In this document: positions 31,300 to 40,038 of the stretch, in pieces | How the letters are laid out: each line of letters opens with the position of its first letter | Numbering within the stretch: position 1 is the stretch's first letter | Source: Candidatus Magasanikbacteria bacterium CG10_big_fil_rev_8_21_14_0_10_36_32 | GTDB taxonomy: Bacteria > Patescibacteriota > Patescibacteriia > Magasanikbacterales > GWA2-37-8 | Assembly: GCA_002778465.1 (NCBI GenBank) | Contig: PFBV01000003.1 | Span: 239,766-303,765, forward strand | DNA: 64,000 bases | Direction: 5' to 3' | Program-made: the position numbers and the translations under genes | The notes under the pieces: model-generated | The model's database searches: none | Told to the model about the DNA's origin: nothing | The model's input: the letters and a program-made list of their open reading frames with translations, nothing else

Positions 31300-32162
31300 A
31301 TAATCATTCCTTCTCTGTCTTCATTGTCGCCTTTTAAAATATAAACATCGTAATGAAAATTATCTTCACCAACCAGTTCCGCCTCGCCTTTTACAATTGT
31401 TTCAAACGGGCGACAATTTGGACAACCACCATCGCCTTGCGGACATTTAAAACGTCCCAACTGACGAGCTAATTTTATTTTTAAAGCAATATCCAATACG
31501 CTTTTTTCCGCTTCGTCCAAAGTCGGTAATTTTTTTTCGGTCAATTCATCATTCCTGTCCAAATACCAATAGCTAGCTTTACTAACTGGTCGTTTTTGAC
31601 AATGATGAACCAATAAATGATAAATCGGCAATTGTAGTGATTCCGCTTCTTCATCGCTTTTCCCAGTTTTAAAATCAATAATATGAACACTATCTGTTTC
31701 CGGCAAATATTCCAACCAATCAATTTTCCCGCATAAAATAATATTTTCTTCTTCAGACAACCAAAAATAAGGCAAATCCATTTGAATTTTTACCGACAAG
31801 CCAACTATCGGTCCTGGGTAATTCATAATCCGACGCAACATTTCCTGTCCACGCTGTTTATAATGGTATTCATTGTCACTATTATGAAAACCACCTCTTG
31901 TTCCTTCAATTTTTTTCCAAGCTTGATCAAATTTTTCCAATAATGGCACGGAAAATCTCTTTTCTTTTGGTAAAATAGAAAGTGATTCTACCACTTCATG
32001 TACTGCCTGACCTAAAGCCAATGACGGTGACATTAATTTTATTTTATGATTATTTTTTGGATCACGATAAACATTTTTCAAAAAATAAGCGCGCGGACAA
32101 CGCAAAAAATCACTAATAGAAGTGTGTGAAACCCAAACGGCTGAATATTTATCTGGCGGCAT
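31296..32162 (-). CDS. PD-(D/E)XK nuclease (AddB/RecB-like)
   Basis: CPRAY, GKID, IIDFKTG, QL..Y, C-terminal Cys cluster. Confidence 0.88.
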   Translation of the reverse strand: MPPDKYSAVWVSHTSISDFLRCPRAYFLKNVYRDPKNNHKIKLMSPSLALGQAVHEVVESLSILPKEKRFSVPLLEKFDQAWKKIEGTRGGFHNSDNEYHYKQRGQEMLRRIMNYPGPIVGLSVKIQMDLPYFWLSEEENIILCGKIDWLEYLPETDSVHIIDFKTGKSDEEAESLQLPIYHLLVHHCQKRPVSKASYWYLDRNDELTEKKLPTLDEAEKSVLDIALKIKLARQLGRFKCPQGDGGCPNCRPFETIVKGEAELVGEDNFHYDVYILKGDNEDREGMII

Positions 32163-32165
32163 AGA

Positions 32166-32756
32166 TTATTTATTTAATAATTTTTTAATTTCTTCTTTTA
32201 TTTTTTCCCAAGGAAAAGCCGGACCCGGATCAATTTTTCTGCCAATCGGGCGAGCGACATTTTCATGTCCGGTAATATTTTCCAAAGTAATCTGAGGAAA
32301 CCGTTCCATTATATATATAGTAAGCTGGATAACTGCTTCAATCTGAATATCGGAATATTTTTCCCAAAAACTTCCTTTTTCATCTTGAAAAACATTTGTT
32401 CCTAAAAATTTTTGCTGGCGTTCAGGACGTCCGCAAAAATAATCATCGCCAACTTTTCGTAACGGACCCCAATTACAAATTTCAATACCGACGGAAAAAT
32501 CATTCACATTAGTTATACCGTTCCACTCGGAAACACCGGCATGTTTAGCTCGATCTTCCATTTGAACCATTTGAATTATATTTCCATCTCGGTCGACAAT
32601 AAAATGAGCTGATACTCCGTCCGGACGATGAAAAATTTCCACACACGATTCAGCTGGTCCGCCTTCAGTATAATGATAAACGATTACCGAACAGGGAATT
32701 TCTCGTCCGGGGAAAAAATTTTGACTGGGAGTAAATTTTTTTTCTATTTCCATCAT
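32166..32756 (-). CDS. N-acetylmuramoyl-L-alanine amidase (Amidase_2/AmpD-like)
   Basis: HYT, SAHF, HAG, SVGIE, GHE...RKIDPG. Confidence 0.92.
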   Translation of the reverse strand: MMEIEKKFTPSQNFFPGREIPCSVIVYHYTEGGPAESCVEIFHRPDGVSAHFIVDRDGNIIQMVQMEDRAKHAGVSEWNGITNVNDFSVGIEICNWGPLRKVGDDYFCGRPERQQKFLGTNVFQDEKGSFWEKYSDIQIEAVIQLTIYIMERFPQITLENITGHENVARPIGRKIDPGPAFPWEKIKEEIKKLLNK

Positions 32757-32813
32757 ATTATATTGTTTATATTCTACACTGCTTAAACCGCCTCGTCAAA
32801 ATAGCTTGATAAT

Positions 32814-32859
32814 AAAAAACCACCCCGGAAAACCAAGGTGGTCAGATTTTAGAAAGAAC
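32814..32859 (+). repeat. 46 bp direct repeat copy 1 (boxA-like motif + terminator module on minus strand)
   Basis: AAAAAACCACCCCGGAAAACCAAGGTGGTCAGATTTTAGAAAGAAC identical to 33512-33557. Confidence 0.95.
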
Positions 32860-32863
32860 GAGA

Positions 32864-33406
32864 TTACTTTGGGACGGCGAGAAAACGATAATAAATATAC
32901 CAAACATTAAGATACTTTTCCATATGAAGAACACGCCTATCAGTGTCCCCATCAAGACAGGGCACATAGCTGTAGCCGGACGATGCTTGTTTGTAAACAG
33001 AGCCAAGAGCGATGATTGGAAACTGTCGTTGAATTTCTGGTAACTTTGCCCCAAAAGCGAGCATTTCCTGTAATGTCGCCGGACGCAATCCAAGTGCATC
33101 CAATTCAGTCAGTACATCTGCAGATTCAATAGGATGATCATTAAAATTAACAAGCTGGAAAAGAACTTCTATTTTTCCACTGTTTGTGACAGTAAAATTC
33201 TTGATGTCACTGGCGGAAATGTTGAAATGGCTATCATAGTTTCCAGCCGCAATCATCTGATCAGACGGCATATCATAGTCCACGGTGACTAGACCATAAA
33301 CATCAATCTTCAACGCCGATTTAATACTTGGTCCTTGGCTAGCGCCACAGCCAGAAATGGACAGAATCACGAACACTATCAGAGCGAAAAACATCCCCTT
33401 TTTCAT
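32864..33406 (-). CDS. hypothetical lipoprotein, stand-alone unit; paralog of 44012-44459
   Basis: lipobox-like ISGC; TTGATA promoter, TGTTCTTT, AGGAG. Confidence 0.8.
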   Translation of the reverse strand: MKKGMFFALIVFVILSISGCGASQGPSIKSALKIDVYGLVTVDYDMPSDQMIAAGNYDSHFNISASDIKNFTVTNSGKIEVLFQLVNFNDHPIESADVLTELDALGLRPATLQEMLAFGAKLPEIQRQFPIIALGSVYKQASSGYSYVPCLDGDTDRRVLHMEKYLNVWYIYYRFLAVPK

Positions 33407-33511
33407 CTACTTCTCCTTTTTGATTCGCCAACTGGCAAATCGGTTAAAAAGAACAATGTTCCACATATATATCATATTAGAGGTGGGTTATCAAGGGGAC
33501 GGTTGTGAATA

Positions 33512-33557
33512 AAAAAACCACCCCGGAAAACCAAGGTGGTCAGATTTTAGAAAGAAC
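33512..33557 (+). repeat. 46 bp direct repeat copy 2
   Basis: identical to 32814-32859. Confidence 0.95.
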
Positions 33558-33562
33558 TAAAA

Positions 33563-34135
33563 CTATTCGTCGCAGAGCTCCAACAGCTCTTTCAACAGAG
33601 GTTCGCTGATTAGCGGACGAGCGGTAGACAAGAATTCTTCCGGCTGAACTCTCTGTCCGCTATCTTTGTAATAACGGGCCTGGAGAACCGCCTCAATCTT
33701 ATCAAGCTGACGAACGATACGGGCTTCTGGTGTAGACTGTTCCTCAAATTCAATCCAAAGATTGAGATATTCATTGCCACCAGGAATTTTGGCAAAAATA
33801 CTTTCCATCACGGACAACTCGGCAACTTGCTTTTTCAACTCCATCTTCCGTTTTCGCGCGCCACGCTCCGTCTCAGTGACAATGTCGCCGGTAACACTTT
33901 CCGCCAAATCATGAATCAAAGCCATCTTAATCATTTTCAACTGATCCAGATTGAACATTTCCGCAACCAACATGGCCATAAAAGAGATGGAAAAACTATG
34001 GTCAGCCACACTTTCAGCGTTTTTTACAACGCGTCGTTTCCACTTCTCATTTTTTCTCGGCTTCTTGTTCCAGCCGGTTCGAACCGTCGCTTTCAGTTTT
34101 AAAATTGTCTGCATTATTTCAAAGAACTTTTCCAT
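33563..34135 (-). CDS. HD-domain 5'-deoxynucleotidase-like protein (HDDC2/YfbR family), stand-alone unit
   Basis: RTGW, ESVADHS, HDLAE..TGDI, DKIE; AGGAGG SD. Confidence 0.9.
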   Translation of the reverse strand: MEKFFEIMQTILKLKATVRTGWNKKPRKNEKWKRRVVKNAESVADHSFSISFMAMLVAEMFNLDQLKMIKMALIHDLAESVTGDIVTETERGARKRKMELKKQVAELSVMESIFAKIPGGNEYLNLWIEFEEQSTPEARIVRQLDKIEAVLQARYYKDSGQRVQPEEFLSTARPLISEPLLKELLELCDE

Positions 34136-34288
34136 TATATCCTCCTCTTTGTTATCAACAACATAGCACTTTTTTACTGTTTTGTCAACTATTTAACTAT
34201 AAAATAACTAATTTTATCAAAAAATAATTTTTGACCAACATTGTGTGTCGTGTTATGATTAATCTAAATAAATTATAAATATAAAAAT

Positions 34289-34462
34289 ATGCCGCAAAAA
34301 ATACCATCGGAAACACCGCCGGCTTGGATGATAGAAAAAATAAAAAAAGAGGAAGAACGAAAACAAAGAGAACAAGGGTGTCCTCAGCCGGAAATTCCTC
34401 TTTACGATGAACCTCCTCGCGAATCAAATAAAAAAGATGATGAAACTTGGTTTCAAATATAA
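34289..34462 (+). CDS. small hypothetical protein (57 aa) below the ORF-track cutoff
   Basis: ATG 34289: MPQKIPSETPPAWMIEKIKKEEERKQREQGCPQPEIPLYD...WFQI; TTGACC promoter at 34231; terminator 34467-34495. Confidence 0.7.
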   Translation: MPQKIPSETPPAWMIEKIKKEEERKQREQGCPQPEIPLYDEPPRESNKKDDETWFQI

Positions 34463-34498
34463 ATAAAAATTCCGGCTTTCAAACCGGAATTTTGTTTT

Positions 34499-35134
34499 TT
34501 AATATTTCAATGTTTTTGTTCCTCGTTTCACTTCTTTGTTTTTTGGTTTTTGTTCAGAATGTTTTCTTTTATATTCTTTACTGGTTATACCACGTTGAAA
34601 TTTTCGAGAAAGCATACCTGTCCGAACAACTTTAATATCTTTTTGTTCTCGCGTTTTCTTTACCGGAGAATCTAAAACAACTCCGCCACCACTTTCTTCA
34701 GAGCCATCTCCATAACTTTCGTTCAATAATTTCTCCGTACTGTCATTAAAAAATTCATCAGTTTCGTCTTCATCTTCTTCCAGCGCAACAAGTCTTTCTT
34801 GTTCGCGGCTTTTGTCTAACTCAACCGCCATTCTATCTTCAACAGTTAAATATTCTCCACTTTCTCCTTCAGGAGATTCAGAAATTTCATTTAAATTAAC
34901 ATGGCGACCCGGACCTCTTAATGATTCTTCGGCTTCAACTTCTTCAATCGGCCTAAACTCATCGGAAATATATCCGCGACCTCCCAACAAACCTTTGGTT
35001 TCAGACACGGCTGCGCGACGTAGATTTATATCTAACCCCCCTCGTTTGTTTTCACGCATATATTTTAAATAGTTAAAGTAATTTTCATCACCATTATATA
35101 GGTGCAAATTATTGTTGTCAATGACTCTGTCCAC
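34499..35134 (-). CDS. hypothetical acidic/basic low-complexity protein
   Basis: 211 aa ORF with GTG start; DnaA box-like sites at the start. Confidence 0.7.
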   Translation of the reverse strand: MDRVIDNNNLHLYNGDENYFNYLKYMRENKRGGLDINLRRAAVSETKGLLGGRGYISDEFRPIEEVEAEESLRGPGRHVNLNEISESPEGESGEYLTVEDRMAVELDKSREQERLVALEEDEDETDEFFNDSTEKLLNESYGDGSEESGGGVVLDSPVKKTREQKDIKVVRTGMLSRKFQRGITSKEYKRKHSEQKPKNKEVKRGTKTLKY

Positions 35135-35376
35135 AAAAAGTTATCCACAACCATTACTACCTTGCCTGTTGATTGTTTTTAGCCTTATTTTTTGCCTAAA
35201 TTATGAGAATAAATCACTCGCTTTAAACCCATATTTGATCAAATTTTTACATTTGTTTACATGATTTATTGATTTTATTTTACTGTTTGTATACACTTGT
35301 GTATACAAAAATATTTAATAATTTAGATACTTTTCCGCTAAAATTAGCTAAAAAACACTAAAATTACCTACCCCCC

Positions 35377-35405
35377 TTGACAAAACCATAAAAATGTGCT
35401 ATAAT
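35377..35405 (+). promoter_or_regulatory. consensus sigma70 promoter
   Basis: TTGACA-17 nt-TATAAT with extended -10 TG. Confidence 0.85.
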
Positions 35406-35410
35406 ACCTC

Positions 35411-35727
35411 TTGTAGTTAAGATGAACTACGGGCACATTAAAAAAATAATTCCTAAACTACTTCAACTTCAAGTCGGTTTACCACAGCAAAAAATACATA
35501 TTCAATGCCATGGCATTCTGACTTCTTCAGGGCTCACTCCAATAATATTGAATGTCTTCATATGAAGCTTTCAATCAGGAGGATACCCAGAGGCGGTTGG
35601 GAATTCAATTATCTGCAAGTTTGTAGATCTTCAATTCCGCAAGGAGTTATCATCTCAACCGCAGATTAACTAAAAGGGCAAGGCCTTGTAATAATATATA
35701 ATCGGGTCAATGCCCTTTTTTGTTTTT
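35411..35727 (+). ncRNA. candidate structured ncRNA, family not recognised
   Basis: own promoter, several hairpins, terminator AAAAGGGCA...TGCCCTTTTTT; next gene has a separate TTGACG promoter. Confidence 0.55.
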
Positions 35728-35809
35728 TAAAATATACAAAATACTTGACGTACCAAGCAATTTTCAGATATAATTCACTGGTTAGAATTTGATTTAAGTG
35801 AAATATAAT

Positions 35810-36202
35810 ATGTTATTAAAAAAATCCGGTTTTTCAAAAGATTTTTTAGAATCTATTGAGAAACGATTGATTGAACAAAAAACCAGAATGGAAAATGAGT
35901 TATTAAAATTTTCTACAAAAAATCCGCATGTGGCTGGGGATTATGACAGTTCTTTTCCAAATTTAGGAGACAAGGAAGATGAAAATGCGGCTGAAGTGGC
36001 AGAACATCTTAATAATCTTCCAATTGAAGAAGGTTTGGAAAAAAGTCTGCGTGATTTAAATAAATCTTTGGAAAATATTAAAAAAGGAACATACGGTTTC
36101 TGTAAATATTGCAAAAAACCAATTGAAGAAAAAAGATTGTTGGCTCGTCCGACTTCTAGCGCTTGTATTGAATGCAAGAAAGCCATCACCCAAGAACTGT
36201 AA
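35810..36202 (+). CDS. TraR/DksA C4-type zinc finger protein
   Basis: GTYGFCKYC...I...RL.ARP....CIEC. Confidence 0.9.
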   Translation: MLLKKSGFSKDFLESIEKRLIEQKTRMENELLKFSTKNPHVAGDYDSSFPNLGDKEDENAAEVAEHLNNLPIEEGLEKSLRDLNKSLENIKKGTYGFCKYCKKPIEEKRLLARPTSSACIECKKAITQEL

Positions 36203-36203
36203 T

Positions 36204-36644
36204 ATGACTTCAAAAATCCGTTGGTTGTTATTTCTAACCGGCGGATTTTTTTTATTGGCTGACCGATTATTCAAATATGCCGCTTTACATAGTTGGCCGA
36301 GTAAAAATTATTTAACCGATTGGTTCGGTTGGTCGCCTTGGAAAAATAGCGGAGCAATTTTCGGACTGCCAATTTCTTCTCAAATAATTATCACTTGTTC
36401 AATTCCTCTGATTATTTTGGTTATTTTTTTGTTTATTAAACAACGCCACGATTTATTTTCACAGATTGGTTTATATTTTATGTTTTTGGGCGCTGTTTCT
36501 AATCTTTTTGACAGAATATTTTATCATTCCACCATTGATTATTTTCTTATTATGACGGGAATAATCAATTTGGCCGACATTCTCATTTTAACCGGCGCCG
36601 TTTTATTTTGCTGGAATAATTTTAAAAAAACTAATAAACAATAA
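36204..36644 (+). CDS. lspA: signal peptidase II
   Basis: NSGAIFG, GAVSNLFDR, DY, NLAD. Confidence 0.88.
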   Translation: MTSKIRWLLFLTGGFFLLADRLFKYAALHSWPSKNYLTDWFGWSPWKNSGAIFGLPISSQIIITCSIPLIILVIFLFIKQRHDLFSQIGLYFMFLGAVSNLFDRIFYHSTIDYFLIMTGIINLADILILTGAVLFCWNNFKKTNKQ

Positions 36645-36645
36645 C

Positions 36646-38160
36646 ATGTTTTTAAAACTCAACTCCGCCGCAATCATGGGACTTGAATGCCGGCCAATCG
36701 ATGTAGAAATAGATTTAAATAAAGGCCAAACAACTTTTAACATTGTCGGCTTACCGGACACTTCAATTCAAGAAGCCAAGGAACGCATTCAGTCCGCCTT
36801 AAAAAATTCCGAATATACTTATCCGTTTAATTTTCGTATTGTGGTCAATTTGGCGCCAGCCGACTTGCACAAAGAGGGCCCGATGTATGATTTGCCAATG
36901 GCTTTGGGAATCGTTGCTATCAATCAAAACTTAGAACTAAAACTGGACGACGCTATTATAGTCGGAGAATTGTCTTTGGACGGATTAGTCCGACGAGTCA
37001 ATGGTATTTTGCCATTGGCAATATTCGCCAAAGAACATGGATTTAAAAAATTATATGTGCCGGAAGACAATGTGGTTGAAGCGGCACTGATTGAAGAACT
37101 GGAAATTTATCCGGTAAAAACTTTGCAACAAATTCTTAATCATATAAAAGGCGTTGAACTTATTAAACCACACCGACAAAATAATAATTGGAATGATTTT
37201 GGCGATACGGATTGTGAAATGGATATGTCTATGATTAAAGGACAAGAATTCGCCAAACGAGCGGTGGAAATCGCCGCCAGCGGAGGGCACAATATTTTAA
37301 TGAGTGGTCCGCCAGGTTCAGGTAAAACTTTGTTAGCCCGTTCACTTCCATCTATTCTCCCTTCTTTAAATCTTGAGGAAGCGTTGGAAGTTACAAAAAT
37401 TTATTCAGTTGCCGGATTGCTTAAAGAAAATTTTATCAAAACACGTCCTTTTCGCGCACCGCACCACACCATTTCCAACGTGGCTTTGGTTGGCGGAGGA
37501 AAATTTCCCCGGCCGGGAGAAATTTCTTTGGCACACCGCGGAGTGCTGTTTTTAGACGAATTCCCCGAGTTTCCGCGAACTGTGCTTGAAACCCTGCGCC
37601 AACCTCTTGAAGATGGCGTAGTGACCATTTCACGCGCTCAGGGCACTCTTACGTTTCCAGCGCGGTTTGTGTTGGTGGCAAGTCAAAATCCTTGTCCTTG
37701 CGGTTATTCCTCCGATCCTGAACATCAGTGCACCTGCTCACAAACACAAATTGTCGCTTATAAAAAGAAGGTCAGCGGACCATTGTTGGATAGAATTGAT
37801 TTACATGTTGAAGTGCCGAGAATTAAATTTGAAAAATTATCATCTGACGAACTTGGAGAAGCATCATCTAAAATTAGGGAACGAGTGCAAAAAGCCAGAG
37901 AAATACAAAATAACCGTTTCCGAGGTCGGCCGATAAAAACCAACAGCGAAATGCGAAATGCTGATATTCGTGAATTTTGCCAAGTGGATGAAACAACGCT
38001 TGAATTGCTAAAATCAGCCGTCAACCAAATACATCTTTCCGCCCGAGCTTATAACCGCATTCTAAAAATCGCCCGAACCATCGCCGATTTATCCGGTTGT
38101 AAAGACGTGAAACTTGAACACGTCGCTGAGGCGTTGCAATACCGCGCCAAAACAGAGTAA
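36646..38160 (+). CDS. comM: YifB/ComM family AAA+ ATPase
   Basis: IVGLPD, GPPGSGKT, PFRAPHHT, LAHRGVLFLDE, SGPLLDRID. Confidence 0.95.
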   Translation: MFLKLNSAAIMGLECRPIDVEIDLNKGQTTFNIVGLPDTSIQEAKERIQSALKNSEYTYPFNFRIVVNLAPADLHKEGPMYDLPMALGIVAINQNLELKLDDAIIVGELSLDGLVRRVNGILPLAIFAKEHGFKKLYVPEDNVVEAALIEELEIYPVKTLQQILNHIKGVELIKPHRQNNNWNDFGDTDCEMDMSMIKGQEFAKRAVEIAASGGHNILMSGPPGSGKTLLARSLPSILPSLNLEEALEVTKIYSVAGLLKENFIKTRPFRAPHHTISNVALVGGGKFPRPGEISLAHRGVLFLDEFPEFPRTVLETLRQPLEDGVVTISRAQGTLTFPARFVLVASQNPCPCGYSSDPEHQCTCSQTQIVAYKKKVSGPLLDRIDLHVEVPRIKFEKLSSDELGEASSKIRERVQKAREIQNNRFRGRPIKTNSEMRNADIREFCQVDETTLELLKSAVNQIHLSARAYNRILKIARTIADLSGCKDVKLEHVAEALQYRAKTE

Positions 38161-38172
38161 ACTATATATTAC

Positions 38173-38247
38173 ATTTCACATAACATACATTTAACATACA
38201 TTTTTAGACTATTATCCAAAAACATTCCACATATTAACGAGTTATAT
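38173..38247 (+). mobile_element. left hybrid att-like site (crossover G|TT at 38241)
   Basis: ATTTCACATAAC (38173-38184) is the exact reverse complement of GTTATGTGAAAT (39527-39538). Confidence 0.6.
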
Positions 38248-39527
38248 TCAATCAGAAGTCGGCCTAAGAAAAAGCGCGCGCGAAACGATAAATTTATGGA
38301 GTTCAAAAATTCATTAGTATAATATGGATCATAAAGAGTATATTGCGATTTCAAAAGAAGTCGCAGAAAAATTGAATAAGCATTTGGAAAAATTTTGCAA
38401 AAAAAATCCTGCTTTTGGTTTAATCTTAAAAGAATATACTCAAAAAAGAATCCATCTTAACGGCATCCAATTTTACGCAGGATTTAAAGCCGCTAATTCA
38501 AAAGAAGATTTTGCAAAATTTTTCCATATTCCAATCGCAATAGAATGTATAATGCTTGCGGCTTACAAAACAAACAGGATCCTTGACCATAAGCAAGAAG
38601 TTTGGAGTTCTGAACAAAAAATTAAAGAAACTGTTTTTGGTGAAAAAATTTATTTGTCTTTGATTTTTGCACTCCTTGAAGACTCAAAAGAAAATCTCGG
38701 AGAAAAATATAACATAGTTAAGGATTTGATTCTTAATTTAATATCAAAAATTTATCAGGGGTTTTGGTTTGAACAGAATGATCTTAATGTTAATTTTTCT
38801 CCTCTGAACGAAATTCTGAAAAATTGGAGTTCCAAATACAAAAAAAGAAACATTCTTTTTAATGGAGTTTATGATTATTCTTCGTTAATTGGATTTTATA
38901 TCGGCTCTGGAAATAAGTCGGTTTTTGAAAAATTTGAAAATTACTTTAAAAATAAAGACAAAATGTCTCATTCTGCTCAAGTCGTAAATGACGTAAGTGA
39001 TTATTCTTCGGTATATGATGAAAATGTAAAATCTTATCAAGACGCATTTTCAGACATTAGAAATGGAATAATCACTCAACCAACATTTGAGCTTATCAAA
39101 GATAAAGTAATTTTAGATGCTCTCAAAAACCCCCAATTAACGAAAGATGTAAGCTGGAGAAAAAAAGTCATGGGTATTTTGATTAAAAAGAATGTTGTAG
39201 TAAAAATCAAAAAAGAAACTGAAAAGAGTTACGCCCAAAACATTAATTTTTGGAAAAAGATTATGAAAGTTGATTCAGAACTCCTCTTTAACACTTATTC
39301 AATTTTGTCTAGAAATAAATACTATCATGAATTTTTGAACTACAAAAAATAGGCGCGCGCTAAAAATGAACGGCCGACTTCTGACTCTGAAATTTCCCTG
39401 CGGGACGTTGCACTAAATTTCAGCCCTCCGTGGGAACATAACAAGGGATATGAGGTTACGAAGTCTTGCAGACTTCTCCACCCAAATTGCTCCCGTTGGT
39501 CGCAAAAACATCGCATACGCTGGAACG
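38242..39527 (+). mobile_element. integron-like gene cassette
   Basis: bounded by G|TTAT crossovers; single ORF followed by attC-like site; inner inverted repeats 38252-38280 / 39354-39384. Confidence 0.65.
38324..39352 (+). CDS. divergent polyprenyl synthetase / isoprenoid synthase-fold protein
   Basis: NDVSDY (SARM-like), SDIRNGIITQP; FARM position reads NRILD. Confidence 0.75.
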   Translation: MDHKEYIAISKEVAEKLNKHLEKFCKKNPAFGLILKEYTQKRIHLNGIQFYAGFKAANSKEDFAKFFHIPIAIECIMLAAYKTNRILDHKQEVWSSEQKIKETVFGEKIYLSLIFALLEDSKENLGEKYNIVKDLILNLISKIYQGFWFEQNDLNVNFSPLNEILKNWSSKYKKRNILFNGVYDYSSLIGFYIGSGNKSVFEKFENYFKNKDKMSHSAQVVNDVSDYSSVYDENVKSYQDAFSDIRNGIITQPTFELIKDKVILDALKNPQLTKDVSWRKKVMGILIKKNVVVKIKKETEKSYAQNINFWKKIMKVDSELLFNTYSILSRNKYYHEFLNYKK

Positions 39528-39533
39528 TTATGT
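39434..39533 (+). mobile_element. attC-like site
   Basis: ACATAAC ... GTTATGT complementary ends about 100 bp apart with internal palindromes. Confidence 0.65.
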
Positions 39534-39565
39534 GAAATAAAATTGTTTTTAACATATACATACGT

Positions 39566-39982
39566 ATGGAAAACAAAATTAACAAATTTATCTATTGGAT
39601 TCCGAGAATTTTGTCTATTCTGTTTATTTTATTTCTGGCCATGTTTTCATTGGATGTTTTTGAAGAGGGATTAAGCGCCGGACAAATAGCGCTCGGATTA
39701 TTTATGCACAATATTCCTGTTTTATTTTTATTGGCAATTATAATAATTTCTTGGAAAAGCGAAGTGATCGGCGGAATTGTTTTTATTTTAGCCGGACTTT
39801 TTTACACCTGTATGGTCACCAAGGAAGTAATAATGTCATATCCACACCAATATTCTATACTGACATGGATACCAACAATTGCCGGTCCGGCGTTTCTTGT
39901 TGGAATTTTATTTCTCATCGGCTGGATGAAAAAAAGAAAATTAAAACATCCGACTGAAATTTTACCAAATCAAACAAAATAA
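39566..39982 (+). CDS. small 4-TM hypothetical membrane protein
   Basis: W.PRIL...FSLDVF...MHNIP; four hydrophobic segments. Confidence 0.85.
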   Translation: MENKINKFIYWIPRILSILFILFLAMFSLDVFEEGLSAGQIALGLFMHNIPVLFLLAIIIISWKSEVIGGIVFILAGLFYTCMVTKEVIMSYPHQYSILTWIPTIAGPAFLVGILFLIGWMKKRKLKHPTEILPNQTK

Positions 39983-40038
39983 AAAGCAATCAAAACAAAA
40001 AAGACCTCCATGTTCGGAGGTCTTTTTAAAAACTATAA

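Noticed and set aside
31296-32162. Possible Cas4 / CRISPR locus
   Set aside because: No repeat-spacer array or other cas genes in the window; stand-alone PD-(D/E)XK nuclease.
34197-34427. 76-aa minus-strand hydrophobic ORF
   Set aside because: Shadow of the plus-strand 57-aa gene (34289-34462), which has a promoter and terminator.
38186-38215. ATTTAACATA resembling the XerD arm of a dif site
   Set aside because: No XerC arm at 6 bp spacing, and the locus is near oriC, not the terminus.
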